From a virus: 64,000 nt of DNA. A program made the position numbers and the translations under genes. The notes under the pieces are model-generated. The model ran no database searches. It was not told the origin of the DNA and worked only from the letters and a program-made list of their open reading frames with translations. The stretch spans positions 1 through 64,000 of IMG/VR virus record IMGVR_UViG_3300008085_000023. One strand, 5' to 3'. Positions 9,780 to 20,080 of this stretch are shown here, piece by piece (positions within the stretch are counted from its first letter, which is position 1; every line of letters begins with the position of its first letter).

Positions 9780-11612
9780 CTATAGTGTTAATATGAAGTT
9801 GAACGTTTCAATTTGAGTGCTGCTCCGTTCAACTGCTTCCCTATTATTTATAAAGAGTAGTGTGCCGGATAAAGGTTGATACGTTGGTTTGATTATTTCT
9901 GTAACTTCTGGAGGGGATTCAATCGTTGGATCATTGAGCAAATAGATGTTTTCGCCAACTTCGAAATCGAGATAATTGGCGCCATTCATTGGTCGAATAA
10001 CACGGATCGTATTTGTTTCATTGATGATGTCGACTATTCGAGCAATACCACCACTATTATCACCAACAATAAACTCATTAATAACGAACTTATCAAGATC
10101 AATCGGGTTCTTGCAGCGTAATGAAATCATGTTAGTTAATTCTGCGGATTGAGCAGGAATGTTTTCGTCGTCTTCACTGTCATATTCATTGACTGAAGTT
10201 ATAATACCGACTGTTCTAAAACTATTGTCTACACTAAAGTTAAGGTTGTTTGCATCACCTTTCACTCGAACGTTCAGGATCACTGCCAAAGCATCCAATT
10301 CGACTTCAGGGTTAGACCCATGGCCGAATGGGGGTGATATCACAGGAGCTAATCTCGCCTCTGCTACCCAACCGGTAGTAACAGGGATAGCTGAAGCTTT
10401 TGTAAAATTAGTCCCAGCAGTCTCAATTCTGATCTTCTTTAACGAAGTATTTGCGGTATTAACTGAAGCATATGCTACAGCACTCGATTGAACTATCTGA
10501 GCGACGTCAGTAGTATAACCTGCGCCGGGACGCGTGATTCTGATAGCATCTAGAATTCCTTCATCGTTAACACGCGCAATGCCATACGCTGGAGTATATC
10601 CAGCATTGTTAATTGAAGACTCTTGACGAATTTTAATTGGGATCCATGTGTTTGCGCAAATGTGATAACCAGATCCCCAGTCATCAACAACAAACCCTTT
10701 GTCTGGATCAAAGTTAGTTGTGTTAGATGGATACAGATTATCAACTACACCATTGAGAGCATTGGAGCCCAATTCGTTTCCAATGTCAATCGCGCCGGTT
10801 CCTCCACTAACTTCTCTGATAGTTATAGAAGCAGACGCATTCACTTCGCCATTTCCATCAACGTAAATTGGAATTTCCGGCATAGGCGCAATAACACCAT
10901 CAGGGTCTCTGAAACGTAATGAGAATCCTTCACCACCATACGTATCTAATCCACCAGTACTTAATACTGATACGATATCGATACGATCAACTGTACCAGG
11001 AATAGCAGATGCAATTGCTTGGGGATTATCACCTGCAGTAATATCAATAGGAATATAATCAGGTGTGTTAAACTTGCGAAGAGTAGACAAATCGATTGAG
11101 TACATAAACTGCCATGTATAACCATCATCATAAGTAGCTTTACCTGATGTGTGATTAGGTTCTTGACCTACGCCTGTCTGCTTAAACGCAATCTTACTAA
11201 CACCCGCGTTAACCTCAACTTCGCTACCATTATCTAAGCAAAGATATATGTTATTGTTTGATGTAAATACAAAATTTGAATCAGCTTCACTGCCCGATAA
11301 TGGAATAGTATTGGCGCTATATTCGTATTGTTTGTACTGCACTCCAGCTTCCCACATATGTTTTTTAAGACCCAATAGAATATCATTGGCTGTGATCTGC
11401 TTCAAGCCAATGATATTACTCTTGGTTGAAAGTTCCTGAAATACTGTCTGCGTTGGCGTGGTTGGCAGATCATTCGCATCACTCCAAGGGAATGGGTTGG
11501 CGTAAAAGAAATAGTATTCCAGCGCACCGCTGGTAATCTCTGTAAGGAAAGCCTTTACGACCTGATGACGCATCTGATCTAAAATGAAATTATATTGAAT
11601 GTTTGAACTCAT
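9780..11612 (-). CDS. gp8: Baseplate wedge subunit gp8-like
   Basis: NIYLCLDN, P.HTSG, DGYTWQFMYSI, ISPPFGHGSNPEVEL, SGTLLFINNR; start at ATG 11612 after late promoter 11618-11625. Confidence 0.85.
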   Translation of the reverse strand: MSSNIQYNFILDQMRHQVVKAFLTEITSGALEYYFFYANPFPWSDANDLPTTPTQTVFQELSTKSNIIGLKQITANDILLGLKKHMWEAGVQYKQYEYSANTIPLSGSEADSNFVFTSNNNIYLCLDNGSEVEVNAGVSKIAFKQTGVGQEPNHTSGKATYDDGYTWQFMYSIDLSTLRKFNTPDYIPIDITAGDNPQAIASAIPGTVDRIDIVSVLSTGGLDTYGGEGFSLRFRDPDGVIAPMPEIPIYVDGNGEVNASASITIREVSGGTGAIDIGNELGSNALNGVVDNLYPSNTTNFDPDKGFVVDDWGSGYHICANTWIPIKIRQESSINNAGYTPAYGIARVNDEGILDAIRITRPGAGYTTDVAQIVQSSAVAYASVNTANTSLKKIRIETAGTNFTKASAIPVTTGWVAEARLAPVISPPFGHGSNPEVELDALAVILNVRVKGDANNLNFSVDNSFRTVGIITSVNEYDSEDDENIPAQSAELTNMISLRCKNPIDLDKFVINEFIVGDNSGGIARIVDIINETNTIRVIRPMNGANYLDFEVGENIYLLNDPTIESPPEVTEIIKPTYQPLSGTLLFINNREAVERSSTQIETFNFILTL

Positions 11613-11620
11613 AACTTTAT

Positions 11621-13543
11621 TTATACAGCCTCTCCATATATAATTGTCCAAGTACCAGATTCCGAGCGCTCCCATTTATATGTAAAGACGTCTGACGGTA
11701 ATGTATCTGGCTGGCTTAAAAATCCAGAGGCCAAGACTGCCTGTGGTGTTGGATCAAGTACTAGCTCTTCGACACCAAGTGAGTCAATTGTATTCGACGA
11801 CATAACTAATTCCTGTTCTGCCGCGGCAGTCGGACCAGCCAAAGTAAAGCTTAAAGCATATTCAATATCATCTTCAGGATCAGTAAAGACAAGAGCCCAT
11901 TCAAACTTATTGCTAGCATAAGGATCTGTACCATATAATGGGCCGTCCTCACCAAGTTCAATTAATCCAACTTCGGATTTAAGAGGTAACGGTTTGCTTA
12001 ATATAAGTTGCAGCATTTCATACACATAATCAGAATTATCAATCGCACCAACCAAGTCAGAACCAAGCTTGGCTGTCTCTGAGAAAATAGTACTAGCAAA
12101 AAACTTAAAACCTGCTGGGTGAATGAAGTCATCAATAAGATCTTCCCAAGCATTCATTGGATAATTACTTGTGATCTCATATGAGAAAATCTGGTAATAG
12201 AAAGAATCTTGTAAAACAGAAATTCCACTAGGACGATGAAGCTCATCTGTGTAAGATCCATTTGTTTCATATATCGTATTAAATGCAAATGCGAAAGTAG
12301 GTAGTCCGACACCGGGATCCGACTTAGAACTTTGTATCACCACATTAGCCAATGATCGGGGAAGCTTGCTGTAATCGAAATCTGGCAAGTCGCTGGCATC
12401 ATACATATTATAATATTCAAAATCATGCAGGACGGTGTGGTCAAATTTCTGTTGTACTCTAACGATTGTCAGTCCATCGTCCGAACGCGTTGCATATACA
12501 TCTACATTCAAACCCAGAAGAGTCGCAAGATAATTTGGGTTGTTGGTTAAAGGATACTGATACGCATCATCAGCATCGTCATAATTTTCAGGTGCAGTGT
12601 CAATATAATAACGATTAAGTCCATCAACAGCGATGACGCCGTTTAGATACATTTCAGTTACGCCACTCAACTTAATAGGATCATTTACAATCTCACCAAC
12701 ATAGTTAATGGACGCTGACACACCCGGATTCGTTAAATCTAATGAAGCAATCGCCCCGGTGTTAGGATCAATAGCTGAAACTCTGGCGTTAAATGAAACG
12801 TCTTCCTTACCTCCAAGATACACGCGATCGCCCAATGAATATCCAGCGCCTCCATCGTCTACAATAATCTTTGCTAACGAACGGGTGAGATAGCCATACG
12901 CAGTGCCGTCTTCAGTTTGGACTGGAAGATCATCACGGAATGCTTGGTAATTAGCATCTTTGTAGAACACCACATCGAAATAATATTGAGGGCCAAACAC
13001 TTTTCTTTTTGCGCTTTTGATAGCAGCAGTGGCCGCGATATTACCAAACTGATCGTATTGAATAAGTGTGGAATTACTGAGTCGGGTTTCAGTACCATAC
13101 GCAAGAATAATTCGTGCACGAATTTCGGTTTCCCACTTACCTTGGGAAGGCATCAAGACATGTTCCCAAGGCTTAAAGATTTCGATATCATCGTTAAAGA
13201 ACATACGGAATAGGTACGCAATAGATTGCTCAGATCCGCGAGACGTATATGAATCAACAAGGCGTCTCAGTAGGAATGTTTTCTGAAGCCATGGACTAGT
13301 AGGAATTCCTGCTGCAACTTCTTTCCGAATTGCATTGATGTACGTATCGTCAAACACCTTGTCAAGATCGTGCTCTGCAATGATACGATTGATCGTATAT
13401 GAAGGACCTTGCTCAGCATTCAAAAACCGATAATAGTCTTCTATAAATGATGTAAAGGTTTCAGCTCCCATTCGCATTTCGCGAGGGAGCTGTTCTCGTA
13501 TTAATGATCCTTCAATATTCTGAACTGTCTTTTCTAATAGCAT
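11621..13543 (-). CDS. gp7: Baseplate wedge initiator gp7-like
   Basis: QLP..F..FIEDYY.FL, Y.SRGSEQSI.YLFRMFF, LQDSFYYQIFSY, IHPAGFKFF; located between gp6 and gp8. Confidence 0.75.
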   Translation of the reverse strand: MLLEKTVQNIEGSLIREQLPREMRMGAETFTSFIEDYYRFLNAEQGPSYTINRIIAEHDLDKVFDDTYINAIRKEVAAGIPTSPWLQKTFLLRRLVDSYTSRGSEQSIAYLFRMFFNDDIEIFKPWEHVLMPSQGKWETEIRARIILAYGTETRLSNSTLIQYDQFGNIAATAAIKSAKRKVFGPQYYFDVVFYKDANYQAFRDDLPVQTEDGTAYGYLTRSLAKIIVDDGGAGYSLGDRVYLGGKEDVSFNARVSAIDPNTGAIASLDLTNPGVSASINYVGEIVNDPIKLSGVTEMYLNGVIAVDGLNRYYIDTAPENYDDADDAYQYPLTNNPNYLATLLGLNVDVYATRSDDGLTIVRVQQKFDHTVLHDFEYYNMYDASDLPDFDYSKLPRSLANVVIQSSKSDPGVGLPTFAFAFNTIYETNGSYTDELHRPSGISVLQDSFYYQIFSYEITSNYPMNAWEDLIDDFIHPAGFKFFASTIFSETAKLGSDLVGAIDNSDYVYEMLQLILSKPLPLKSEVGLIELGEDGPLYGTDPYASNKFEWALVFTDPEDDIEYALSFTLAGPTAAAEQELVMSSNTIDSLGVEELVLDPTPQAVLASGFLSQPDTLPSDVFTYKWERSESGTWTIIYGEAV

Positions 13544-13546
13544 TGA

Positions 13547-15418
13547 TTACTCTTGGAAACGAGGAATTGTGTTATATGTTCGATCGCCTGAATCATGATC
13601 AAACGTTCGATCTCTTTCACCTTGTATTGCAGTCAAATCCATTTTCACTGTTATCAACTGATCACGCACTGTAGCAATATCGTACGCATTAGGGATTGCA
13701 CTGATCTGAATTTCTTGGGAATTCGAAGTTGGAATAGCTTCCATCAACATCTTACCGGTTGTCACGTTCAGTTTACCTATCGACTTAATGATCTTATGTT
13801 TAGCGCCATTACTAGTGCGAGTGAATACATACAGATTACGTTCAACTGGATTACCACTGATGTATTCATCAGCCAGTTCAAGCCATTGGTTATTGTACCG
13901 CCAGCGTGTGGATGTGATGTATGATTTGGCCTGATCAATTTGGCCGTAAAATCCCATATGAAAATCAAGTTCCTGAGGAGCAACTACAGTTGAAGATAAT
14001 CGCATCATCTTGTGAACTTTAATACGGGCAAAGGAATTCACTATAGCATCATTTGTAGAATCAATTTCATCAAGGAATCGTGAGTAACGAAACACTTTAT
14101 CAAATCCGCCCAAAACCTGTGTATTAAAAGCTGTTACTCTATTACGTACTTCAGTCTCTAACTGCGATGTACTAGCAGTTGTCAAAGCAGCGTTATATTT
14201 GAAATAGATATCGAATGAAAGATATATGTAATTTGTATCAACGATCTCAGGCGTAACTGTCACTACATTATTTGCACTAAGGTATGTTAGGATCTCTGCC
14301 TTCTGTTGATCGCTCAAGAACAACGCACCTTTTGGCTTTGCTGCTAAGAAAACTTTGCCGTAGACTGGCGGGTTATTCTTTTCGCCACCCCATACTGACA
14401 CTGCTTCCAAATCCGGAATGTTCTTAAGGAGTAACGCTTCGTAATCGTTTATAGTAACAGCTCGCTTCTGAGCAATGAATGCTTGAGGCGCAATAGCTCT
14501 AATAACTTCAATGCCTTCGCGTTCATCACCACCATACGCTGGTTCAACTACTACGAGTTTAAGAAGGTCAGTACTCTGTGTTAATGTAGAACCTGCAGGC
14601 GCTCTACCGAATGTGAAATTACGGGCGCCATTTGCTTCTGCGCCTGACGATGTAAGATAGCTCAGTTCAACCATGTTTAAGTTAGCAAGTTTCTTACCAA
14701 CAACGCCATTACCGAATGCGATCTGATAAAGGCCTTCGTAGTTTTCTGAAAGGAAGTATACCTTTGAATCACTATCGTAAGACGAGAAGTTCGCAGCGTC
14801 TAGATAAATCTCTGCGTCAAACACATTGCCGTGACCTTGCACTCTAACTTCTAACGTCGATGTGTCAATGTTCTTATCAGAAATCTTGAACACTTGATCT
14901 TGTACGCCGGAGTCAACCAAGAACTTCTCTTCAATAGGACGGCCCTGAACGATAACTACATTCGTAAATTCAAATCTCTCAGTCGTGTTATTGTAAATTG
15001 ATTCATAATCTTCCTTGGTGGAGAAAGTATATCTAACACCATTGATCTGGGTACTAAACAACGTACCCTTTGGAAGAATCACTGTATCTATATTGTCTGC
15101 GCTGGTGCGGCGGGTGAATGTTAGATTAATAGTTGCTCTTGCACCTCGACGTGATCTTGGTGTATAGCCAAGCATCTTCGCGCGGGAAACTACATTAGAT
15201 CTAATCTGAGCAGAATCAAGGAATGATTCGTTCATGGCCAGATGAGCATTCACTGCGTTGTAATGGGTGTTGTATGCCAACACATCAAGAAGATAGCTTA
15301 GGCCACTGCCTTCAAAATCCCAATCGCGGAAAGGTGATTCGTCGCGTGAAAAATAATTGATCATATTTTGCTTGATCGCGTCGAAATCTAATTCAGTTAC
15401 TTTTAGTACGTTGGCCAT
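13547..15418 (-). CDS. gp6: Baseplate wedge subunit gp6
   Basis: ELDFDAIK, DFEGSGLSYLLDVLAYNTHY, ESFLDSAQIRSNVVS, Q.RAVT..DY, PPVYGKV. Confidence 0.95.
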   Translation of the reverse strand: MANVLKVTELDFDAIKQNMINYFSRDESPFRDWDFEGSGLSYLLDVLAYNTHYNAVNAHLAMNESFLDSAQIRSNVVSRAKMLGYTPRSRRGARATINLTFTRRTSADNIDTVILPKGTLFSTQINGVRYTFSTKEDYESIYNNTTERFEFTNVVIVQGRPIEEKFLVDSGVQDQVFKISDKNIDTSTLEVRVQGHGNVFDAEIYLDAANFSSYDSDSKVYFLSENYEGLYQIAFGNGVVGKKLANLNMVELSYLTSSGAEANGARNFTFGRAPAGSTLTQSTDLLKLVVVEPAYGGDEREGIEVIRAIAPQAFIAQKRAVTINDYEALLLKNIPDLEAVSVWGGEKNNPPVYGKVFLAAKPKGALFLSDQQKAEILTYLSANNVVTVTPEIVDTNYIYLSFDIYFKYNAALTTASTSQLETEVRNRVTAFNTQVLGGFDKVFRYSRFLDEIDSTNDAIVNSFARIKVHKMMRLSSTVVAPQELDFHMGFYGQIDQAKSYITSTRWRYNNQWLELADEYISGNPVERNLYVFTRTSNGAKHKIIKSIGKLNVTTGKMLMEAIPTSNSQEIQISAIPNAYDIATVRDQLITVKMDLTAIQGERDRTFDHDSGDRTYNTIPRFQE

Positions 15419-15419
15419 A

Positions 15420-15836
15420 TTATCTTAATCTCTTGAGTTGGAAGCTTACTTCAGCGCCGACATTTATATTTATCACGCGGAAAGCTATGGTTATATCATA
15501 TGCGTTGCTGTCTGAGTTATCGACGACTTTCACTACAACATCAGATACCCGAGGTTCATATAATTTAATGACATCCTCAATCTCCGACTTAAGAGCAATT
15601 GCTGTGAAGGGTGTAACATTTTCAAAAAGGTACTCAGCAACGCGCCCGCCAAACTTAGGTTTGAATAATTTCTCTCCTCTACTTGTAAGGACAATATTCT
15701 TTATCGATTGCTTTACAGCGTTAACATCTTTTAGAGGAATGATGTCTGCAGTGTTTGGATGTACTAACATGTCTAGACTCAAGTCTGCATAGACTCGTTC
15801 GGTTGCAACTAGAGGTGATATATTTGTACTTGCCAT
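15420..15836 (-). CDS. gp25: Baseplate wedge subunit gp25
   Basis: AVKQSIKNIVLT..GEKLF.P.FG, YEPRV; late promoter at 15842-15849. Confidence 0.95.
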   Translation of the reverse strand: MASTNISPLVATERVYADLSLDMLVHPNTADIIPLKDVNAVKQSIKNIVLTSRGEKLFKPKFGGRVAEYLFENVTPFTAIALKSEIEDVIKLYEPRVSDVVVKVVDNSDSNAYDITIAFRVININVGAEVSFQLKRLR

Positions 15837-15851
15837 AATGCTATTTATAAC

Positions 15852-18698
15852 TCAAACTGCTGCTTGACTATACATAACCCAGATATTAACAGATCCACCA
15901 GTAGGAATACCGGCTGATCCACTTATGGTTACAGGAAAGTTGCTGGCGCTCGAACTAATACAAGCGTTCCCATCAATCGGTTGTGCATACACTTTATTTC
16001 CCGCCGCTACAGTTCCGGTTAAACTATAATTTGAAAAATAATTACTTATACTTAAAGTTAACGTGCTAGGTGCAGTAAAGCTCGTAGCAAGCTTAATAAA
16101 GATGGCTTGTATAAAGGCGTTAGAAGTAGTGCCATTTGTTGTGATAGGAAATAGTCCAATTGTACTTTGCCAACCGCCGCCAGCGTCCGCGCCGGTAATA
16201 TCTGATGAATTTATTGTATACTTCTTCCAACGAGGTATAGAAGCTTCGGGGCCAGTTGGATCAACTAAATCTCCAACAACATCCCAAACAGCATTATTGT
16301 TATGCCTATATAATCTTTTGCCAATAAACGCCAAATGGTGAAAGGTGTTGTCAACAATTGTAAGCAAACTGCTATTAACAAAATCATACAGCTTGGCCTT
16401 GTGCGCAGCGCCAGCAGCTTGTTCAACCTTGTATACACCACCGCCCACGACAGTTATATCAGTTACACCCGCTGGGCTGGACGCCAGTGCTACTGATGTA
16501 ACATAACCCGGATCGCCATCAACACCATCTGCGCCATTAGAAACAAACTGAATGGGTGCGGTCCATGTCAGCGTGGTGTCAATGCCTGTACCTATAACGC
16601 TTGCTATAGTATGAGATACCCAAATTGGATCTGTGCCGGCTGGTGTTTCAATAGTCCAATCAGATGGGGGTGTTAATGTACTTGTACTAAAATCGTATTG
16701 ACCACCAGTTGGCGTTGCTGGAGCAGACGCGCTTCTCTGAAAAATACTAATTTGAAATGTGCTTAGACCATCGGTTCCATCAGTTCCATCAGTTCCTGCA
16801 GCGCCATCATCGCCTCGTAAATTTGCAATCGGTGAACCCCACTCGTTTGCAAGACTTTTCTTATATACGTCACGTGTTGATGTATCAAAATAGAAATCAT
16901 TTGGTGAACCAACACCATTATCAGGTACAGTATTACCACTAAACCACGTAGCTCCATCTGTTCCGTCTGCACCATCTTGGCCATTCGTTCCATCTTGACC
17001 TGCGATATTTGCAATCGGTGAACCCCAAGTGCCAGAGACCTTTTCATATACATCGCCATTTGTTGTATTAAGATAAAGATCACCATCAAGACCAAGCGTA
17101 TCATTTGGTGTAGTGCTTCCAGTAATCCACGTAGATCCATCTGTTCCGTCTGCTCCATCTTGGCCAGGAAGACCATCCTCTCCATCGTTACCATCGGTAC
17201 CGCGCAAATCTCCAGTTGAAAATCCCAAGCCATCATCGCTCGTAAAAGTAACAATACCAGTTGCTGGATTATATGAACCGTTTGTCCAACCTAGCCCATC
17301 TGCTCCATCTTGTCCAGGAGCACCATCTTGTCCATCTTGTCCAGGAGCACCATCTTGTCCATCTTGTCCAGGAGCACCATCTTGTCCATCTTGTCCATCG
17401 GTGCCCGCGACACCTTGGATGCCTTGGCCGCCCTGAATGCCTTGAATTCCCTGAGGACCAGCTGGGCCTTGTGGTGGAAGTACAGAAATCTCAGAAGGGC
17501 CAATAGGAATAGGAACGCCCTTGATAACGAAAACCTTACTTTCGCAAATAGTCGTCTTACCAGGCGATGCAGCAATGGTATCAGTTTTTATCCCGCCGGT
17601 ATTAAGAATTACGTTACCAGCAGTCGTCAAGGAATGATTCTTTCCTATCTGCACTGTTGAGTTTTCGCCAATAGTACTAGCAAAATCTTTACCGATTGTT
17701 TGAGTTAAACTCTTACCTGTAGTGTGATCGAAATTTCCATCAACCACTTCCTTACGATTACCTTTGACATGAATGAATTCATTGCCCATAACTAGCCGGT
17801 GGTAATCACCTTCAATCGTGAGCTTAGCATCGCCCTTGATATTAATCATTTGATCTTTAGCAACAATCCGATACTCATCTCCAACGATCACTACCGTTTC
17901 ATCACCTTTAGGAGTCCACTCTCTATATGTACCTGACTTATGCATTGAAGAGATACGCTCATATCCAGGCGTAACATCATGCTCATCAACGTGCATCGTC
18001 TTCTTAGGATCTAAACCATAATCACCATCAAACTTCTTTTGCTTATTTGTGTCCTTATCATGTAGACCATCTGTCTCTTCAACGTCGGTATCAACTTCTT
18101 CAATCTCGACTTCACGTTCGTAGGCCCACACGTGATTCTTAGGATATTGCGGTTTAATAATCTCGTCAACAGGCGGAAGGGCCCAATCATCGTTCGCTAA
18201 TGCAATTGGAGTCGGGCCCAATTTCCGATGCTCTTCTTTTTTCTTATATGAAAACGAATCCTTGAACTTATCATCCTTGTCAATTGCTTCTTCAGGAATA
18301 TCTTGATCATCGACTTTAGACTCATATGGGTATTGCTTCTGAGGATCACTAAAACCAAATTCATAATTGACTGATCCAGTTTTAGAAGGTAAAGTGCCCA
18401 TGATAATAGGATCTTGTGCAACAGCGCCATCTCTAAAGAACCCGACTACCCACGTCCCTCGCACAATACCAGTTGCTGATCGACCAACACCTGACGTTGA
18501 TGCTGATGTAACAGGCATCATAACATGGGACCAAGGCAGTGCAGCTGTAGGAATAAATGATTTGTCTTCTGTATGATATCCAAAACAACGTACACGTACG
18601 CGTCCTCTTTGTTCCGGATCCATGATGTCTTCTACAACACCGGTAAACCATTCAAAATTTCCAGCCATCATATCTTCTGGTGGTATATCATTATTCAT
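15852..18698 (-). CDS. gp5: Central spike gp5 (OB-fold + beta-helix, no lysozyme) fused to a collagen-like and fibre-like C-terminus
   Basis: WFTGVVED..DP...GRVRVRC.GYH, GTWVVGFFRDG, QYPKNHV, H.SGTY.E, beta-helix repeats, then several G-X-Y tracts. Confidence 0.9.
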   Translation of the reverse strand: MNNDIPPEDMMAGNFEWFTGVVEDIMDPEQRGRVRVRCFGYHTEDKSFIPTAALPWSHVMMPVTSASTSGVGRSATGIVRGTWVVGFFRDGAVAQDPIIMGTLPSKTGSVNYEFGFSDPQKQYPYESKVDDQDIPEEAIDKDDKFKDSFSYKKKEEHRKLGPTPIALANDDWALPPVDEIIKPQYPKNHVWAYEREVEIEEVDTDVEETDGLHDKDTNKQKKFDGDYGLDPKKTMHVDEHDVTPGYERISSMHKSGTYREWTPKGDETVVIVGDEYRIVAKDQMINIKGDAKLTIEGDYHRLVMGNEFIHVKGNRKEVVDGNFDHTTGKSLTQTIGKDFASTIGENSTVQIGKNHSLTTAGNVILNTGGIKTDTIAASPGKTTICESKVFVIKGVPIPIGPSEISVLPPQGPAGPQGIQGIQGGQGIQGVAGTDGQDGQDGAPGQDGQDGAPGQDGQDGAPGQDGADGLGWTNGSYNPATGIVTFTSDDGLGFSTGDLRGTDGNDGEDGLPGQDGADGTDGSTWITGSTTPNDTLGLDGDLYLNTTNGDVYEKVSGTWGSPIANIAGQDGTNGQDGADGTDGATWFSGNTVPDNGVGSPNDFYFDTSTRDVYKKSLANEWGSPIANLRGDDGAAGTDGTDGTDGLSTFQISIFQRSASAPATPTGGQYDFSTSTLTPPSDWTIETPAGTDPIWVSHTIASVIGTGIDTTLTWTAPIQFVSNGADGVDGDPGYVTSVALASSPAGVTDITVVGGGVYKVEQAAGAAHKAKLYDFVNSSLLTIVDNTFHHLAFIGKRLYRHNNNAVWDVVGDLVDPTGPEASIPRWKKYTINSSDITGADAGGGWQSTIGLFPITTNGTTSNAFIQAIFIKLATSFTAPSTLTLSISNYFSNYSLTGTVAAGNKVYAQPIDGNACISSSASNFPVTISGSAGIPTGGSVNIWVMYSQAAV
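17305..17399. repeat. 27-bp tandem repeat (3 copies plus a partial) encoding collagen-like GQDGQDGAP
   Basis: ccatcttgtccaggagcaccatcttgt x3. Confidence 0.9.
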
Positions 18699-20065
18699 TA
18701 TGCTTTCTCCAAACTATCGCGTTTCACTTTCACTTCTGTATAATATTCTTGGTTCTTAAATCTATGTATGGCGGATGTCACTAGGTAATTGCCTGAAAGG
18801 AATTCGTCTACAACACCCCCCGTTAGCATTGGATCGCCTGCTCGTGGGAATTGCAAATCAATAATCTTACCAGCATTCAATTCAAGATCGCCGAACAATG
18901 TAATGGTATGATGCAGAGTATTGAATACGCCAGGGTAGGCTCTCATCAATCCAAGCTTTTCGTATGTCCACTCAATATAGTTCTGAGTGTCCTTCTCGTA
19001 TGCTTCTGAATTACGAGACAGGCAATTTAAGCACGCATAGAATTCTTCTTCTGGTTTCTCTTCATTCTTCTTTATCGTTGGACTTCCACTGCCTCCGCCT
19101 CCGCCACCAGTATGTTCGTTATGCTTAGGCTCTTTGAACAAATCGGATCCAAGCAAAGTCTTCTCTATTTTGAAATCGTCCTTGTATGTATAATACTCTT
19201 TGCCAAATGTTCTCGTGGCCAGGTCAACATGCTGGGTCTGTGATCCCCATGTACCCTGACTAATAGGTGTGAACTTTGAAAGTTTAAGACTAGAGGAGAT
19301 CCCGATGATCTTGTGCTTCCGTTGATTGAAATCTGCAGGTGTTCCGGCTTCGGCAGTATACGTTCTGGAATCTGTATAGGGAGTCGAGTTATGGGGTGAT
19401 CCTTTAACGAGTTTCGTATGGGATGTCAGCGTGCAATTATCTTCGCCATTCTCAATGCTCTGAAACAAATAATATGGTGCTCCTTCTTCAGGATCATGCA
19501 TGCGTCTACGGAACCAATCCATCGCCTTCATCGGTGTTTGCATATTAATAATGCCTCGGCCGACAGCTTCACAGTCACCTTCGTAGTTTACTGTAAGCTC
19601 AAAAGCATCCTTGGCAATCTTTACTATCTGGTCCGAGATCTTTCCATCATATGCACGAGAGAGCTTCAGCATAGGATTCTTCCATACATGTTTACTCACA
19701 CCTGTTACTGACCATGCCTGCATATGCTCGCGATTCGATGGCCGACCATATAGAGGATAGTCTGTCACATAGAATGTATGTTCGAATTCTTGGGATCCCC
19801 CCGACATCATTTGTCGTTTGATCTTGAGATATATCGTTTCCATTCCATATACTGGAAGGACTTCAATCAGGTCTGATTCATCGCTGAGACTCACGGTGCA
19901 GATAAGGGTAGGGCTATAGATACTTTCCGTAATCGTTATCTCTTGGACCTGGTATTGTACATCTACAGCCTTACCATCTTTATTGCAGATGGTAATTTCT
20001 TCGAGCTCATATGCTGCGGGAGTTAGAGCAACTCCATCCGGTGATATATTTTTTAGAATAGCCAT
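18698..20065 (-). CDS. gp27: Baseplate hub gp27-like protein
   Basis: I.ESIYSP, SRAY.G.ISD, G..IDL, SGNYLVTSAIH; immediately upstream of gp5. Confidence 0.7.
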   Translation of the reverse strand: MAILKNISPDGVALTPAAYELEEITICNKDGKAVDVQYQVQEITITESIYSPTLICTVSLSDESDLIEVLPVYGMETIYLKIKRQMMSGGSQEFEHTFYVTDYPLYGRPSNREHMQAWSVTGVSKHVWKNPMLKLSRAYDGKISDQIVKIAKDAFELTVNYEGDCEAVGRGIINMQTPMKAMDWFRRRMHDPEEGAPYYLFQSIENGEDNCTLTSHTKLVKGSPHNSTPYTDSRTYTAEAGTPADFNQRKHKIIGISSSLKLSKFTPISQGTWGSQTQHVDLATRTFGKEYYTYKDDFKIEKTLLGSDLFKEPKHNEHTGGGGGGSGSPTIKKNEEKPEEEFYACLNCLSRNSEAYEKDTQNYIEWTYEKLGLMRAYPGVFNTLHHTITLFGDLELNAGKIIDLQFPRAGDPMLTGGVVDEFLSGNYLVTSAIHRFKNQEYYTEVKVKRDSLEKA

Positions 20066-20080
20066 GCTAGATAGTATTTA

